Notes: a model not told the origin generated them from the letters alone. A stretch of 64,000 bases of DNA from Lachnospiraceae bacterium GAM79 (GCA_963619035.1 CAVEUC010000018.1:11988-75987); one strand, 5' to 3'; positions 31,969-42,306 are shown, counted from the stretch's first letter. Numbers and translations are program-made.

Positions 31969-32975
31969 TTTTCTACCTCTTCAATTTCTTTATATATCTT
32001 TATTAAATAAGAACCATAATTAGATAAACTATACTTTTTAGCATATTCATAAGCTTTTTCTTTCAAACTTACGAGTTTTTGGTTTTTATAATCGTCAATA
32101 GCATTTGTTAAAGACTCTAAATCATTATAAATATACGCATTTTCTTTATCAACTAGAAAGTCTTTAAATATACTTTCACTCAATGTAAAAATTTGAGTTC
32201 TACTAGCCATACATTCCATCATTTCAACAAAATTTGATGGATATGAATTAATATTTATAAATATATCTGCATTATATAATAACGAAACGTAAGCATCTTC
32301 ATCAAGTAAAGGGATATATAAAACATTTTTCGTCCATTTAGAAAAATATTTATTATTCTTTTTTACTTGATTTAAGTATTTATGTTCGCTTAAAACAACA
32401 TATTTATAATCACTAAATTTATTAGCAATGAGAGTTATTTTTTTAATAGCTTCTTCATCTTCATCTCTAATAACAGAAACGAGCAACTTACAATTATTAT
32501 TAAGACCGCAAATCCTATAAAAAACATCTTTAATAATGGAAGTTGTAAAATCAAATTTTGAATATTTAACTCCAGGATTTAATACGTAAATCGCACAATA
32601 TACACCTAATTTTCTTAAATAATCTTTACTTGATTCCGAAGGTACTAAAGCAAAATCAAATTTATTAATTTTATCAATAGTCACTTTATTAATAACAAAT
32701 CCATCATTACCTTTATAAAAAATTGCTTCATCTTGCTCACATTCATTATAAAATAAGCAAATTCCGTTATTGATTTTTTTATACTTAACTTCTAAATCGA
32801 AACTAGAAACATCGCTTAACTTAAAATATTGAGCAACCTTATAGAAAGTGGTCGCGTTTTGAATAACATACGATTCATTACTTAATTCTAATAAACCTTT
32901 AATATTTTTTCTTAAACGACTACTTTCAAAATAAGTATCTTTATTTTTATAATCAGTATAGATATAGAGTTTCAT
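31965..32975 (-). CDS. Hypothetical protein with a GT4-like (glycosyltransferase group 1) C-terminal domain.
   Basis: The segment SNFVEMMECMASRTQIFTLSES resembles the EX7E donor-binding motif. It is tightly coupled on both sides, overlapping gyrA at 32975 and serS by ATGA. Confidence 0.35.
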   Translation of the reverse strand: MKLYIYTDYKNKDTYFESSRLRKNIKGLLELSNESYVIQNATTFYKVAQYFKLSDVSSFDLEVKYKKINNGICLFYNECEQDEAIFYKGNDGFVINKVTIDKINKFDFALVPSESSKDYLRKLGVYCAIYVLNPGVKYSKFDFTTSIIKDVFYRICGLNNNCKLLVSVIRDEDEEAIKKITLIANKFSDYKYVVLSEHKYLNQVKKNNKYFSKWTKNVLYIPLLDEDAYVSLLYNADIFININSYPSNFVEMMECMASRTQIFTLSESIFKDFLVDKENAYIYNDLESLTNAIDDYKNQKLVSLKEKAYEYAKKYSLSNYGSYLIKIYKEIEEVEK

Positions 32976-35521
32976 TATTCTTCTACTTGCTCTTTTTCAG
33001 TTGTTTCTTCTGCTGGTTTTTCTTCTACAACTTCAGGCTCATCTTCTTCTTTTTCTAAACATGTAAGAGTAGTTACTTTGTCATTTTTAAGCTCGATCAT
33101 TTTAACACCACTAGAATTTCTTCCACATTCTCTAACTTGTGATAAAGAACTTCTTACAACTGTTCCTTTTAATGTGATACAAAGATAATCTTCTAATCCT
33201 GTAACAACCTTCATACCAATTAAATTGCCTGTTTTTTCATTAACTTTAATTGTTTTAACACCACTAGAACCTCTATGAGTAATTCTATAATCTTCAATTG
33301 GAGATAATTTTCCTAATCCGTTTTCGCTTAAAACAAGAACTTTATTTCCACTTAAGCTTGTGTCGACACCTACAACAACTGAACCTTTTAAATTAATTGC
33401 TTTAACACCACTTGCGCTTCTTCCCATCTCTCTTATTTCATCTTCTTTAAACATACAGAGTTGGCCATCACCGCTTGCGATTAAAATATAGCAATTTCCA
33501 TCAGTAACTTTCACATCAAATAAATTATCATCTTCTTTAAATGTAATTGCTTTTTTACCATTACAATTAATTCTAACAAATTCTTCTAACGGAGTCTTTT
33601 TAGCGATACCGTTTTTAGTTACGAACAATAAATTTTTATCCTTATAATCATCAACCGAAATAATAGAAACGATCGCCTCACTTTTTTCTAAATTCAATAA
33701 GTTTTGAACTGGAATTCCTTTACCTTGTCTTCCACCTTCACTTATTTCATAACCTCTCTTACGGTAAACTTTACCTGCATTAGAGAAGAATAAAATATCA
33801 GTGTGTGTTGAAGCGTTAACTAATTTTGTAACGACATCACCACTATTAATTGTTAATCCTTTAACACCCATTCCACCTCTATTTTGAGATTTAAATTCTG
33901 ATGTAGACATTCTCTTTAAATATCCGTTTTGAGTTAAAGTAATTACAATATTATCTTCTGGAATAAAGTCTTCATCGTTTAATGAAACGATTGAATTACT
34001 AATTTCACTTCTTCTATCATCATTAAATTTCTTTTTAATAACTTCTAATTCTTCAATAACTTTTTCTTCAAGATGCATCTCATCAGAAAGTAAATAGTTA
34101 TAACCTTTGATGTTTTCTAATAATAAATTTTGTTCATCGACAAGTTTTGTTGTTTCAATACCTGTTAATCTTCCTAAAGTCATACTAACAACAGCTTTAG
34201 CTTGATCTTCGTTAAATAAGAATCTTTCCATTAACTTATCTTGATAAATTTGAATTGTACTACTAGCTTTACCAATTTCAACAACTTCATTAATATTTTC
34301 GCCGACTACTAACAAAGCTTTAATAATATTAATTCTTGCTTCATCTTTAGCTTTTAAGAAAATTGTTCTTCTTTTTACAACATCAACTTGGAAATCTAAA
34401 TAATGTTTAATTAATTCTTTTAAACTTAAAACTTTTGGTGCTCCATCAACAATACATAAATTTATAACACCAAAACTAACTTCTAATTGAGTATTTTTAT
34501 ATAATTTATTTAAAATAACGTTAGGTTCACAATCTCTTCTAACTTCAATTTCAATACGTACGTCACTCTTTGAAAAATCTTTAATTGAAGTAATTCCTTC
34601 AATTACTTTTTCTCTAGCTAATTCACCGATTTTAGCTACTAAATCACCTTTTCTTACTTGATAAGGAATTTCAGTAATGACGATTTTTGATTTATTATTT
34701 TTTTCTTCAATATGAGCTTTAGCTCTAATTTTGAAAGTTCCTCTACCAGTTTCGTAAGCTTGTCTAATTCCACTTAATCCATGAATAATACCACCAGTTG
34801 GAAAATCTGGACCTTTAATAAATTGCATTAATTCATCAGTAGTAATTTCTTTATTTTTACTATATGCGACGATACCATCAATAACTTCACCTAAATTATG
34901 GCTTGGCATTTTTGTAGCCATACCAACAGCGATACCATCACTTCCGTTAACTAAAAGGTTAGGGAATCTACATGGTAAAACGCATGGTTCTTCCAAACTA
35001 CCATCGTAGTTAGACATAAAATCAACTGTGTTACAGTTAATATCTCTAATTAATTCTTGTGATAATTTATTTAATCTTGATTCAGTATAACGGTAAGCAG
35101 CAGCTCCATCACCATCCATATTACCAAAGTTACCATGTCCATCAATTAATGTGTATCTTAATGAGAATGGTTGAGCCATTCTAACTAAAGTTTCATAAAT
35201 TGCACTATCTCCATGAGGGTGATAATTACCCATGACATCACCGACAACCTTAGCACATTTTACGAATGGTTTATCGCTTGTATAACCTTTTTCATACATC
35301 GCATAAATTACACGTCTATGAACAGGTTTAAAACCATCCCTAACATCAGGAATAGCACGAGAAACGATAACACTCATCGCATAATCTAAGAAGCTTTGTT
35401 GAACTTGACCAACAATTTCTGTATCAGTAATTTTTGGTTCAATTCCAGCTTCATAATCAGCATTATCTTGTTTAATTTGTTCTTCGGATGTTAATTCTAC
35501 ATCTTTCTTTTCGTTTTCCAT
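32975..35521 (-). CDS. gyrA: DNA gyrase subunit A.
   Basis: Active-site region AAAYRYTESRL with the catalytic Tyr, the QRDR-like segment HPHGDSAIYETLVRMAQ and a C-terminal beta-pinwheel. Confidence 0.97.
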   Translation of the reverse strand: MENEKKDVELTSEEQIKQDNADYEAGIEPKITDTEIVGQVQQSFLDYAMSVIVSRAIPDVRDGFKPVHRRVIYAMYEKGYTSDKPFVKCAKVVGDVMGNYHPHGDSAIYETLVRMAQPFSLRYTLIDGHGNFGNMDGDGAAAYRYTESRLNKLSQELIRDINCNTVDFMSNYDGSLEEPCVLPCRFPNLLVNGSDGIAVGMATKMPSHNLGEVIDGIVAYSKNKEITTDELMQFIKGPDFPTGGIIHGLSGIRQAYETGRGTFKIRAKAHIEEKNNKSKIVITEIPYQVRKGDLVAKIGELAREKVIEGITSIKDFSKSDVRIEIEVRRDCEPNVILNKLYKNTQLEVSFGVINLCIVDGAPKVLSLKELIKHYLDFQVDVVKRRTIFLKAKDEARINIIKALLVVGENINEVVEIGKASSTIQIYQDKLMERFLFNEDQAKAVVSMTLGRLTGIETTKLVDEQNLLLENIKGYNYLLSDEMHLEEKVIEELEVIKKKFNDDRRSEISNSIVSLNDEDFIPEDNIVITLTQNGYLKRMSTSEFKSQNRGGMGVKGLTINSGDVVTKLVNASTHTDILFFSNAGKVYRKRGYEISEGGRQGKGIPVQNLLNLEKSEAIVSIISVDDYKDKNLLFVTKNGIAKKTPLEEFVRINCNGKKAITFKEDDNLFDVKVTDGNCYILIASGDGQLCMFKEDEIREMGRSASGVKAINLKGSVVVGVDTSLSGNKVLVLSENGLGKLSPIEDYRITHRGSSGVKTIKVNEKTGNLIGMKVVTGLEDYLCITLKGTVVRSSLSQVRECGRNSSGVKMIELKNDKVTTLTCLEKEEDEPEVVEEKPAEETTEKEQVEE

Positions 35522-35539
35522 TTCTTATACCTCCTAATA

Positions 35540-37615
35540 TTAAATATCAAGATTCTTAACGAATTTAGCATTATTTTTAATAAATTCGCTTCTTGGTTCT
35601 ACTTCTTCACCCATTAAATCATTAAAGATTAAATCAGCCGCAGCAGCATCTTCGATTGTAACTCTTAGCATACTTCTACCTTTTGGATCCATTGTTGTTT
35701 CTTCAAGTTGTTCAGGATCCATTTCACCAAGTCCTTTAAAACGTGAATAAGGATATCCAGGTTTTAAATCTAATGTTTTCTTTAAAACTTCTAATTGATT
35801 ATCGCTATAAGCATAATATTTTTTATTCTTATATGTAATTTGGTAAAGAGGAGGTTGAGCAATATAAACATAACCATGTTCAATCAAAGGTCTCATAAAT
35901 CTATTAAAGAAAGTTAATAATAAAATTCTAATATGTGAACCGTCAACATCAGCATCGGTCATGATTACAATTTTGTGATATCTAGCTTTTGTAATATCAA
36001 AATCATCGTTAAATCCCGCACCAATTGCGTTAATCATGTTACCAATTTCAGCATTTTCAAAAATTCTATGAGATTGAGCTTTTTGAACATTTAAAATTTT
36101 ACCTCTTAAAGGTAATATAGCTTGAGTCTTAGCATCTCTTCCTAATTTTGCGCTACCACCAGCAGAATTACCCTCAACGATAAATAATTCGCATTCTTCA
36201 GGATTATTCGAAACACAATCAGCTAATTTACCAGGAAGTGTAGTGATATCTAATCCACCTTTTCTTCTACTATTTTCTCTAGCGGCATTTGCAGCTAATC
36301 TACTATTATAAGCTCCTCTGATTTTATCTAAAATTTTTGCAGCCTCTGCTTTATTTTCAAGTAAAAATCTTTCTAATTTTTCACCGACAACATTAGAAAC
36401 AATCTTTTTAACTTCACTATTTCCTAATTTACCTTTTGTTTGCCCTTCGTATTCAGGATTTGGATGTTTTACGCTAATAACTGCAGTTAAACCTTCTAAA
36501 CAATCATTTAAAACAATTTTATCTTTATCATTATCTTTAAGATATTTCATTGTTTTAGCATAAGAATTAATAACTCTAGTCAAAGCCAATCCAAAACCTT
36601 CTTCATGAGTTCCACCATTTCCGGTAGAAACGTTATTACAGAATGATAAAATTTTCTTATTATATTGAGTTGTATATTGCATAGCAACTTCAACATAAAC
36701 TTCTTCTTCAACATCGTTTAATGTGAATTTTTGAGCTCCATCACAATAAATAATCGTATCGTCAAGCTTATCGTTTTTATTTAAGAAAGTAACATATTCT
36801 TTGATTCCGCCATCGTATTTAAAAACTTCATTCTTAACAGGATCAACCCTTTTATCTGTTAAAGTTATTTTGATACCTTTATTTAAGAACGCCATTTGTC
36901 TTAATCTATTACTTATTGTTTCGTAATTAAAAATAACAGTTTCTGTAAAAATTAATGGATCTGGTTTAAAAGTAACAGTAGTACCAGTATCGTTTAAATC
37001 ACAATTTCCTACAATCTTTAATCTATCAACAGGATGACCACCATTTTCAAATTTAATAAAATAGATGTTACCATTTTTTCTAACTACAACTTCAACATAT
37101 GTTGAAAGTGCGTTGACAACACTAGCACCAACACCATGAAGTCCACCACTAACTTTATAACCACCGTTACCAAACTTTCCACCTGCGTGTAATTTTGTAT
37201 AAACAGTTTCAACACCACTAACACCTGTAGATTCAACGATATCAGTAGGAATTCCTCTACCATTATCTTTAACAGTGATTGTATTATCTTCGTTAATTGT
37301 TACATTAATTTCGTTACAATACCCAGCTAAAGCTTCATCGATACCATTATCAACAATTTCCCAAACAAGGTGGTGTAAACCAGTAGAAGATGTCGATCCA
37401 ATATACATACCAGGTCTAATTCTAACAGCTTCAAGACCTTCCAAAACTTTTAAATTTTTACTTGTGTATTCACCAGTAACCTTTTCAAATGTAGTTTCAT
37501 CGCTTACTTCGATAATTTCATCACTAACACCTTTTTCAATTACACTTTCTTCTTTTGGTTGTTCGTTTTCTTCATTTTCAATATTTTCTTCAATTTGAAT
37601 TTCTTTTTCTTCCAT
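35540..37615 (-). CDS. gyrB: DNA gyrase subunit B.
   Basis: GHKL ATPase motifs ([22 protein letters not shown]) and Toprim motifs ([21 protein letters not shown]). The start MEEKEIQ at 37615 has a GAGGAGG RBS. Confidence 0.97.
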   Translation of the reverse strand: MEEKEIQIEENIENEENEQPKEESVIEKGVSDEIIEVSDETTFEKVTGEYTSKNLKVLEGLEAVRIRPGMYIGSTSSTGLHHLVWEIVDNGIDEALAGYCNEINVTINEDNTITVKDNGRGIPTDIVESTGVSGVETVYTKLHAGGKFGNGGYKVSGGLHGVGASVVNALSTYVEVVVRKNGNIYFIKFENGGHPVDRLKIVGNCDLNDTGTTVTFKPDPLIFTETVIFNYETISNRLRQMAFLNKGIKITLTDKRVDPVKNEVFKYDGGIKEYVTFLNKNDKLDDTIIYCDGAQKFTLNDVEEEVYVEVAMQYTTQYNKKILSFCNNVSTGNGGTHEEGFGLALTRVINSYAKTMKYLKDNDKDKIVLNDCLEGLTAVISVKHPNPEYEGQTKGKLGNSEVKKIVSNVVGEKLERFLLENKAEAAKILDKIRGAYNSRLAANAARENSRRKGGLDITTLPGKLADCVSNNPEECELFIVEGNSAGGSAKLGRDAKTQAILPLRGKILNVQKAQSHRIFENAEIGNMINAIGAGFNDDFDITKARYHKIVIMTDADVDGSHIRILLLTFFNRFMRPLIEHGYVYIAQPPLYQITYKNKKYYAYSDNQLEVLKKTLDLKPGYPYSRFKGLGEMDPEQLEETTMDPKGRSMLRVTIEDAAAADLIFNDLMGEEVEPRSEFIKNNAKFVKNLDI

Positions 37616-37616
37616 A

Positions 37617-38276
37617 CTACACCTCCTCAATCACTGTAGAATTTTCGATTTTATAATAATGAACATTTTCAATATTTATTTTTTTTGTAGATGTTATAAA
37701 AACCTGCTCTATCTCTTTTAAAAACTTTAATAACGATTCTTCGTGATTTTCATCCAATTCACTCAGAACATCATCAAGGATTATTATCGGTTTATCATCA
37801 CCTTCTGTTAAAAAATAATTAACCATTTTTAAAGATATTGCCGATAATCGATTCTCACCTTGCGAACCATATTTTCCGATATCTTTCCCACCGATAAACA
37901 ATGAAAAATCATCTTTTTGAATACCATATAAAGAAATCTTATACTTAATTTCTTCATCCTCATGTTTTTTTAAAAACAAATATAATTCCCTATCATTTTT
38001 AAAATCATTAATCAAACTTTTATATCTTATTTCCGCTTCGATTCTTTTTAAAAATAATTTTGAAAATATATTCGGTAAAATATCATTTATTCTATTTATA
38101 AATTCTTTACGAATTTTATAAATTTCCATATTTTTTTCAGCTATTTTTTTATTAAATACCTCTATCAAATCCCTATCAATTATTTCTTTTTTTAATAAAG
38201 AATTTTTCTCTTTAAGAATCTTGTTATATTCAATAATTTTCTCAAAATAATTTTTATCAACTTTAGAAATAATCAT
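37617..38276 (-). pseudogene. recF: recF C-terminal fragment, equivalent to about residues 130-357 of full-length RecF.
   Basis: YNKILKEKNSLLKK parallels RecF Y.KALKQRNALLK. An ABC signature GSQGENR and Walker B IIILDDVLSELD are present. It is in a different frame from the N-terminal fragment, and a TGA closes this frame just upstream. Confidence 0.6.
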
Positions 38277-38286
38277 ATCTAAATAG

Positions 38287-38481
38287 TTAATTCATCTTAA
38301 TCAAATTTTTATCATCATTAGTTCTAAAGCTTTTTGAAAAAGCAAAATAATAAATAGCTTCAACCAAATTAGTTTTCCCTGAAGCATTATCTCCATATAA
38401 AATATTAATCCCTTTATTAAAATTTATATTAGCTTCAGTATAACTTCTAAAGTTTAATAATTTAATATTTTTAATGTTCAT
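38287..38481 (-). pseudogene. recF: recF N-terminal fragment (64 aa, Walker A region).
   Basis: MNIKNIKLLNFRSYTEANINFNKGINILYGDNASGKTNLVEAIYYFAFSKSFRTNDDKNLIKMN followed by a stop. About 65-70 aa of the ATPase core expected next are missing, and only 10 nt separate it from the C-terminal fragment. Confidence 0.6.
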
Positions 38482-38702
38482 ATTACAATTTCAAAAAACA
38501 ATTGGTCATCTATAGAAATTTTATATCCAGGATAAAGTTTTTTACCTCTTTGTTTACAATCTTCACCATTGACAGTGATTGAATGTTCTAAAATAAAAAT
38601 TTTAGCAAAAGAGCCACTATCGATAACATCAGCAAATTTTAACATTTGCCCTAATGTTATGTATTCTGTACTAATCTTTATTTTTGAATATTTCTCTTCC
38701 AT
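38478..38702 (-). CDS. yaaA: S4-domain RNA-binding protein (YaaA-like), lying between dnaN and recF as in B. subtilis.
   Basis: A 74-aa protein with an S4-like fold: ITLGQMLKFADVIDSGSFAKIFILEHSITVNGE. The dnaN-yaaA-recF synteny is conserved. Confidence 0.7.
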   Translation of the reverse strand: MEEKYSKIKISTEYITLGQMLKFADVIDSGSFAKIFILEHSITVNGEDCKQRGKKLYPGYKISIDDQLFFEIVI

Positions 38703-38735
38703 AATTACCCTTTAATATTATATATTAAAGGGCTA
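38703..38735 (-). promoter_or_regulatory. 25-bp palindrome that overlaps the yaaA RBS and start codon.
   Basis: The minus strand reads CCCTTTAATAT-ATA-TAATATTAAAGGG then TAATT ATG. The arms are 11 bp and perfectly matched. Confidence 0.4.
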
Positions 38736-38779
38736 CGAATTTAAAGAACTTTTTAAAAATCTTGTATACTTTATAGTAA

Positions 38780-38818
38780 AATAAAAAAGCGTTTAAATTT
38801 TGCCTTATTAAACGCTTT
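38780..38818 (-). terminator. Intrinsic terminator after dnaN.
   Basis: Minus-strand AAAGCGUUUAA-(11-nt loop)-UUAAACGCUUU followed by UUUAUUUUAC. Confidence 0.55.
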
Positions 38819-38841
38819 AAAATGAATTTTAAAAATTAAGC

Positions 38842-39969
38842 TTAACTTCTTACAGGGGTTATAAGATGAATAATAGAAGGTTCATCTTTACAAGATACTG
38901 AGAATGGTTTCATTTCTCCTAAAAAACTAATAACAACATCTTCACTTTTTAAAGATCTAACTGCAGCAATTAAAAAATCACTATTTAAATTTATTTCTAA
39001 TCTATCGCCAGTATACTTAAATAAAGTTAAACTATCTTGGCTAGTTCCATCTTGCGCAGATTTACATGTTAAAACAACATTATTTTCACTCATGATCAAT
39101 TTGACAATATTACCATCATTTGTATTATTGATATTAAAAATATTAACTCTTTCTAAAGCAGAGATTAAATCGTTAGAATTTGTTTCTAATACATAGTAGA
39201 AACTCTTAGGGATAATTCCATCAGTTACTGGAAAATCACCATTTAATAATTTTGTCGAAATTAATGTTTCTCCTATTTCAAAAATAGCTTTTCTATCAGA
39301 AATATTAATTACTATAGACTCTTCATTATCAATAGAACGTAAAATTTCTGTCATTGCTTTAGAAGGTATTGTAATTGAAAATTTTTCGGTTTCTAAAGAA
39401 AAATCTTTTTTAGCTAATCTATACCCATCAGTAGCGGTAATCGATATTTTCTCACCATTTCCTTTAATATTAATACCAGTAAGAATAAGTCTATTATTTT
39501 TATTACTAGCCGCAAAAGCAACATGTTGAATACCATCAACAAATTCTTTCGCATTTAATTTAACTTTAACACTATTTAAAGTGCTAAAATCAAGATTAGG
39601 ATATTGATCTGCAGTAATGCAATTTAATTTAAAATCACTTCTATCATTTTTAATACGAGCAATATTATCATCTAAAACTTCAAATGTTAATTCATCTCCA
39701 TCGATTTTTTTAGCAATTTCAGTAATGATGTAATTACTTACTAAAATTTCTCCTTGTCTAATATCTCTTATAATTTCTTTATCATCTTTGAAAAATGGAA
39801 TTTTTGATGTTATTGATAAGTCATCATTACTACCAGTTAATTCTAAGTATTCTGTTGTTAAATTTATTTTAATATTAGTATTGATAGGTCTTGGACTTTT
39901 TAAAGGAATAATTTTTCCTACTTGAATTAAAGTTTTTAAAAATTCATTTTTATTAATTGTAAATTTCAT
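38842..39969 (-). CDS. dnaN: DNA polymerase III beta subunit (sliding clamp).
   Basis: A three-domain beta-clamp of 375 aa, with an N-terminus MKFTINKNEFLKTLIQVGKIIP, placed directly downstream of dnaA. Confidence 0.9.
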   Translation of the reverse strand: MKFTINKNEFLKTLIQVGKIIPLKSPRPINTNIKINLTTEYLELTGSNDDLSITSKIPFFKDDKEIIRDIRQGEILVSNYIITEIAKKIDGDELTFEVLDDNIARIKNDRSDFKLNCITADQYPNLDFSTLNSVKVKLNAKEFVDGIQHVAFAASNKNNRLILTGINIKGNGEKISITATDGYRLAKKDFSLETEKFSITIPSKAMTEILRSIDNEESIVINISDRKAIFEIGETLISTKLLNGDFPVTDGIIPKSFYYVLETNSNDLISALERVNIFNINNTNDGNIVKLIMSENNVVLTCKSAQDGTSQDSLTLFKYTGDRLEINLNSDFLIAAVRSLKSEDVVISFLGEMKPFSVSCKDEPSIIHLITPVRS

Positions 39970-40025
39970 ATTTTCTCCTTTTATTATAATAATAATGTTA
40001 GTGGATATTGTTGAAAACTTTTTTA
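39970..40025. other. dnaA-dnaN intergenic spacer, a candidate second half of a bipartite oriC.
   Basis: A DnaA-box-like GTGGATAT at 40001-40008 (TATCCAC core on the other strand). The 15-mer TGTTGAAAACTTTTT at 40009-40023 is identical to 41571-41585 upstream of dnaA. Confidence 0.5.
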
Positions 40026-41402
40026 CTAAGCTTTATTTTCGCCTTTCAATCGAGATTTTAACTCTTCTATAGCTAATTTTGTTTGTGTATCTGTTGTTAA
40101 TAACTTTTCTATTTTGTTGACAGAATGGATAATTGTTGTGTGATCTCTTCCTGAGAAAATTTCTCCGATTTTATCTAATGACATACTGGTTATTAATGTT
40201 CTAATTAAATATATAGCAACATGTCTTGCAAAGACTATTTGAGCGACTCTTAATTTTCCTGTAATTTGGTTTACACTTAAATTGTAATAAGATGCAACAG
40301 TATTGAGAATTTTATTCGAAGTAAGTTTGTTTTTAGAATCTTTAGAATCTATTAAATTATTTAAAGCTTCATAAGCTAAATCTAATGTTATTTTATCAGC
40401 GTGTTGCATGTTTTTGATAAAAATAATACGATTTAGCGCCCCATTTAATTCTCTAATTGAATTTTTAAATTTCTCAGCTATTAAAGAAATGACTTCTGGA
40501 TCGAAATCATCTAAAGATAAATTTGCACTTACAATTTTCTTTTTTAAAATGTTTTCACACATTTCGATTGATGGTTTAGTGATTTGTACAGTTAATCCAT
40601 CCATAAATCTAGATACCAATCTAGCGTCGATTCCGTTAAGTTCGCTTGGTAATTTATCGCTGGTTAAAACAACTTGTTTTTTGTTTTGTAAAAAATATTG
40701 ATATATATCAAAAAAGAATTCCAAAGTTTTTGTCTTATCTTTAAGCATTTGAATATCATCAATTAAAAATACATCATAATTTTTGATATATTTTGATAAT
40801 TGTTCATTATGATCTGAACCATTAACATAATCTATGTATTGGTATAAGAATTCTTGTGCTGTTACATATAAAATCCTTGAAGAAGGAGTTTTTTCTTTAA
40901 TGTAATTACCTATTGCGTTTAATAAATGTGTTTTACCTAAACCACTGTCACCATAAATAAACAATGGATTATAAAATTTACCTGGTGAAGAAGCGACAAT
41001 TAATCCAGCTTGAGACGCTTCTTTATTAGATGGTCCAACGACAAAACTATCAAAATTAAAATTAGTATCCAAATAGCAATTTTTAAAAAAAACACTATCA
41101 TTTGTCGACTCAATTTCTTTAAATGATGTTTTTTTAATCTCTTCTTGAGAAGAAAAAATGATCTTAAAATTTGAACCTGTAATTTTATTAACAATTGATG
41201 TTATTAAATCTAAATATTGTTGATTTAAGATTGAAGCTGATAACTTAGAATCACAAATAACAATTATTTTGTCTCCTTGAATTGTGTCTATATAACTATC
41301 TTTCAAGAAAGTGTTGAATATCATTTTATCAACTTCTGTTTCTAGAATCTGGAGTGTCTTTGACCAAAGTGTTGAAATTTCGTTTAAAGTTTTTGTTTCC
41401 AT
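40026..41402 (-). CDS. dnaA: Chromosomal replication initiator protein DnaA.
   Basis: AAA+ Walker A GDSGLGKTHLL, box VII and the C-terminal DNA-binding helix (HTTIIHSVNKIE). The start METKTLNEI at 41402 has a GGAGG RBS; the ORF track uses an upstream TTG. Confidence 0.95.
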   Translation of the reverse strand: METKTLNEISTLWSKTLQILETEVDKMIFNTFLKDSYIDTIQGDKIIVICDSKLSASILNQQYLDLITSIVNKITGSNFKIIFSSQEEIKKTSFKEIESTNDSVFFKNCYLDTNFNFDSFVVGPSNKEASQAGLIVASSPGKFYNPLFIYGDSGLGKTHLLNAIGNYIKEKTPSSRILYVTAQEFLYQYIDYVNGSDHNEQLSKYIKNYDVFLIDDIQMLKDKTKTLEFFFDIYQYFLQNKKQVVLTSDKLPSELNGIDARLVSRFMDGLTVQITKPSIEMCENILKKKIVSANLSLDDFDPEVISLIAEKFKNSIRELNGALNRIIFIKNMQHADKITLDLAYEALNNLIDSKDSKNKLTSNKILNTVASYYNLSVNQITGKLRVAQIVFARHVAIYLIRTLITSMSLDKIGEIFSGRDHTTIIHSVNKIEKLLTTDTQTKLAIEELKSRLKGENKA

Positions 41403-41821
41403 TCTTTGACCTCCAAAATATAGATATATTTTATTCTTTTTTGTTGATTTTATAAAGAACAAATTATATACAAAAAAAGTTTTCCACAATAAAAAAAATA
41501 ATAAAATATCGATAAAATCGAAATTTCCATTTTTTCCACATCTTTTATTTGTTGATAAGTTATATTAAAATGTTGAAAACTTTTTCCTCTGTTTAAAAGT
41601 TGAAATTTTTAAACAATACCAAAGATTTCAACAAGGATAGTTTATTAGATTTAATCGGAAAAATAGTGAGTTTTCTACATCTAAAAATATAGTAATTCAC
41701 ATATAGTTGAAAAAGCTGATTTAATTTTTGTTACTAAAAAGTCTTAAAAATTTAAAATATTTGACTTATATGTATAAATACATATATAATTTAAAAGCAA
41801 CAAAATGGAGGATTATATATT
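41403..41821. other. oriC region upstream of dnaA, with a DnaA-box cluster, AT-rich unwinding sequence and the rpmH promoter.
   Basis: TTTTCCACA at 41480-41488 and at 41532-41540, and TGTTGATAA at 41551-41559 (the reverse complement of TTATCAACA); each has one mismatch to TTATCCACA. A GTTGAAA motif recurs at 41571, 41597 and 41708. A very AT-rich stretch spans 41740-41800. Confidence 0.7.
41761..41790 (+). promoter_or_regulatory. rpmH-rnpA promoter (sigma-A type).
   Basis: TTGACT at 41761-41766, a 17-nt spacer, then TATAAT at 41785-41790. A GGAGG RBS lies at 41807-41811. Confidence 0.55.
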
Positions 41822-41971
41822 ATGGCAAGCAAAAAAACTTATCAACCAAGTAAGTGTCACAAATTTAGAACACATGGTTTTAGAGCAAGAATGGCTTCAA
41901 GTCACGGAAGAAAAGTCTTAGCTTTAAGAAGAGCAAAAGGAAGAAAATCATTAACTGTTAGTGATAGATGA
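41822..41971 (+). CDS. rpmH: 50S ribosomal protein L34 (under 60 aa, so absent from the ORF track).
   Basis: [49 protein letters not shown] followed by TGA, which shows that TGA is a stop codon in this genome. Confidence 0.9.
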   Translation: MASKKTYQPSKCHKFRTHGFRARMASSHGRKVLALRRAKGRKSLTVSDR

Positions 41972-42306
41972 AAAAACGTTTTGTAATTAAAAAATATAGG
42001 GAATATCAATTAATAATTAAGAAAAGAAACTATAAAAAATCTGATAACTTTAATATTTATTTTCAAAAAAACGATTTCGGCTATACCAGAGTAGGTTTAT
42101 TAGTAAGTAAAAAAAACGGAAACGCTGTTATTAGAAATAAAATTAAAAGACAAGTTAGAAGTATTGTTGATGAGGTATTAAATTACAATGAAGGAATAGA
42201 TTTTGTAATTGGAATCTCAAAAAAATACAATGTGGATAATTTCAATGAAAATAAAATTGAACTTATCAGATTAATAGGCTCTATAAAAGGAGAAAATAAT
42301 GAATAA
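41968..42306 (+). CDS. rnpA: RNase P protein component.
   Basis: The ATG overlaps the rpmH stop (ATGA). It is basic, with NKIKRQVR matching the RNR motif region. The rpmH-rnpA-yidC synteny is conserved. Confidence 0.85.
   Translation: MKKRFVIKKYREYQLIIKKRNYKKSDNFNIYFQKNDFGYTRVGLLVSKKNGNAVIRNKIKRQVRSIVDEVLNYNEGIDFVIGISKKYNVDNFNENKIELIRLIGSIKGENNE

Noticed and set aside
31969-32100. A T-box leader upstream of serS, as is common in Bacillota.
   Set aside because: The serS start overlaps the stop of the upstream ORF (ATGA). There is no untranslated leader in which a T-box could reside.
37275-41194. Antisense ORFs 37275..37598, 40408..40701 and 41000..41194 within gyrB and dnaA.
   Set aside because: gyrB and dnaA are unambiguous. 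These are reverse-frame artefacts.
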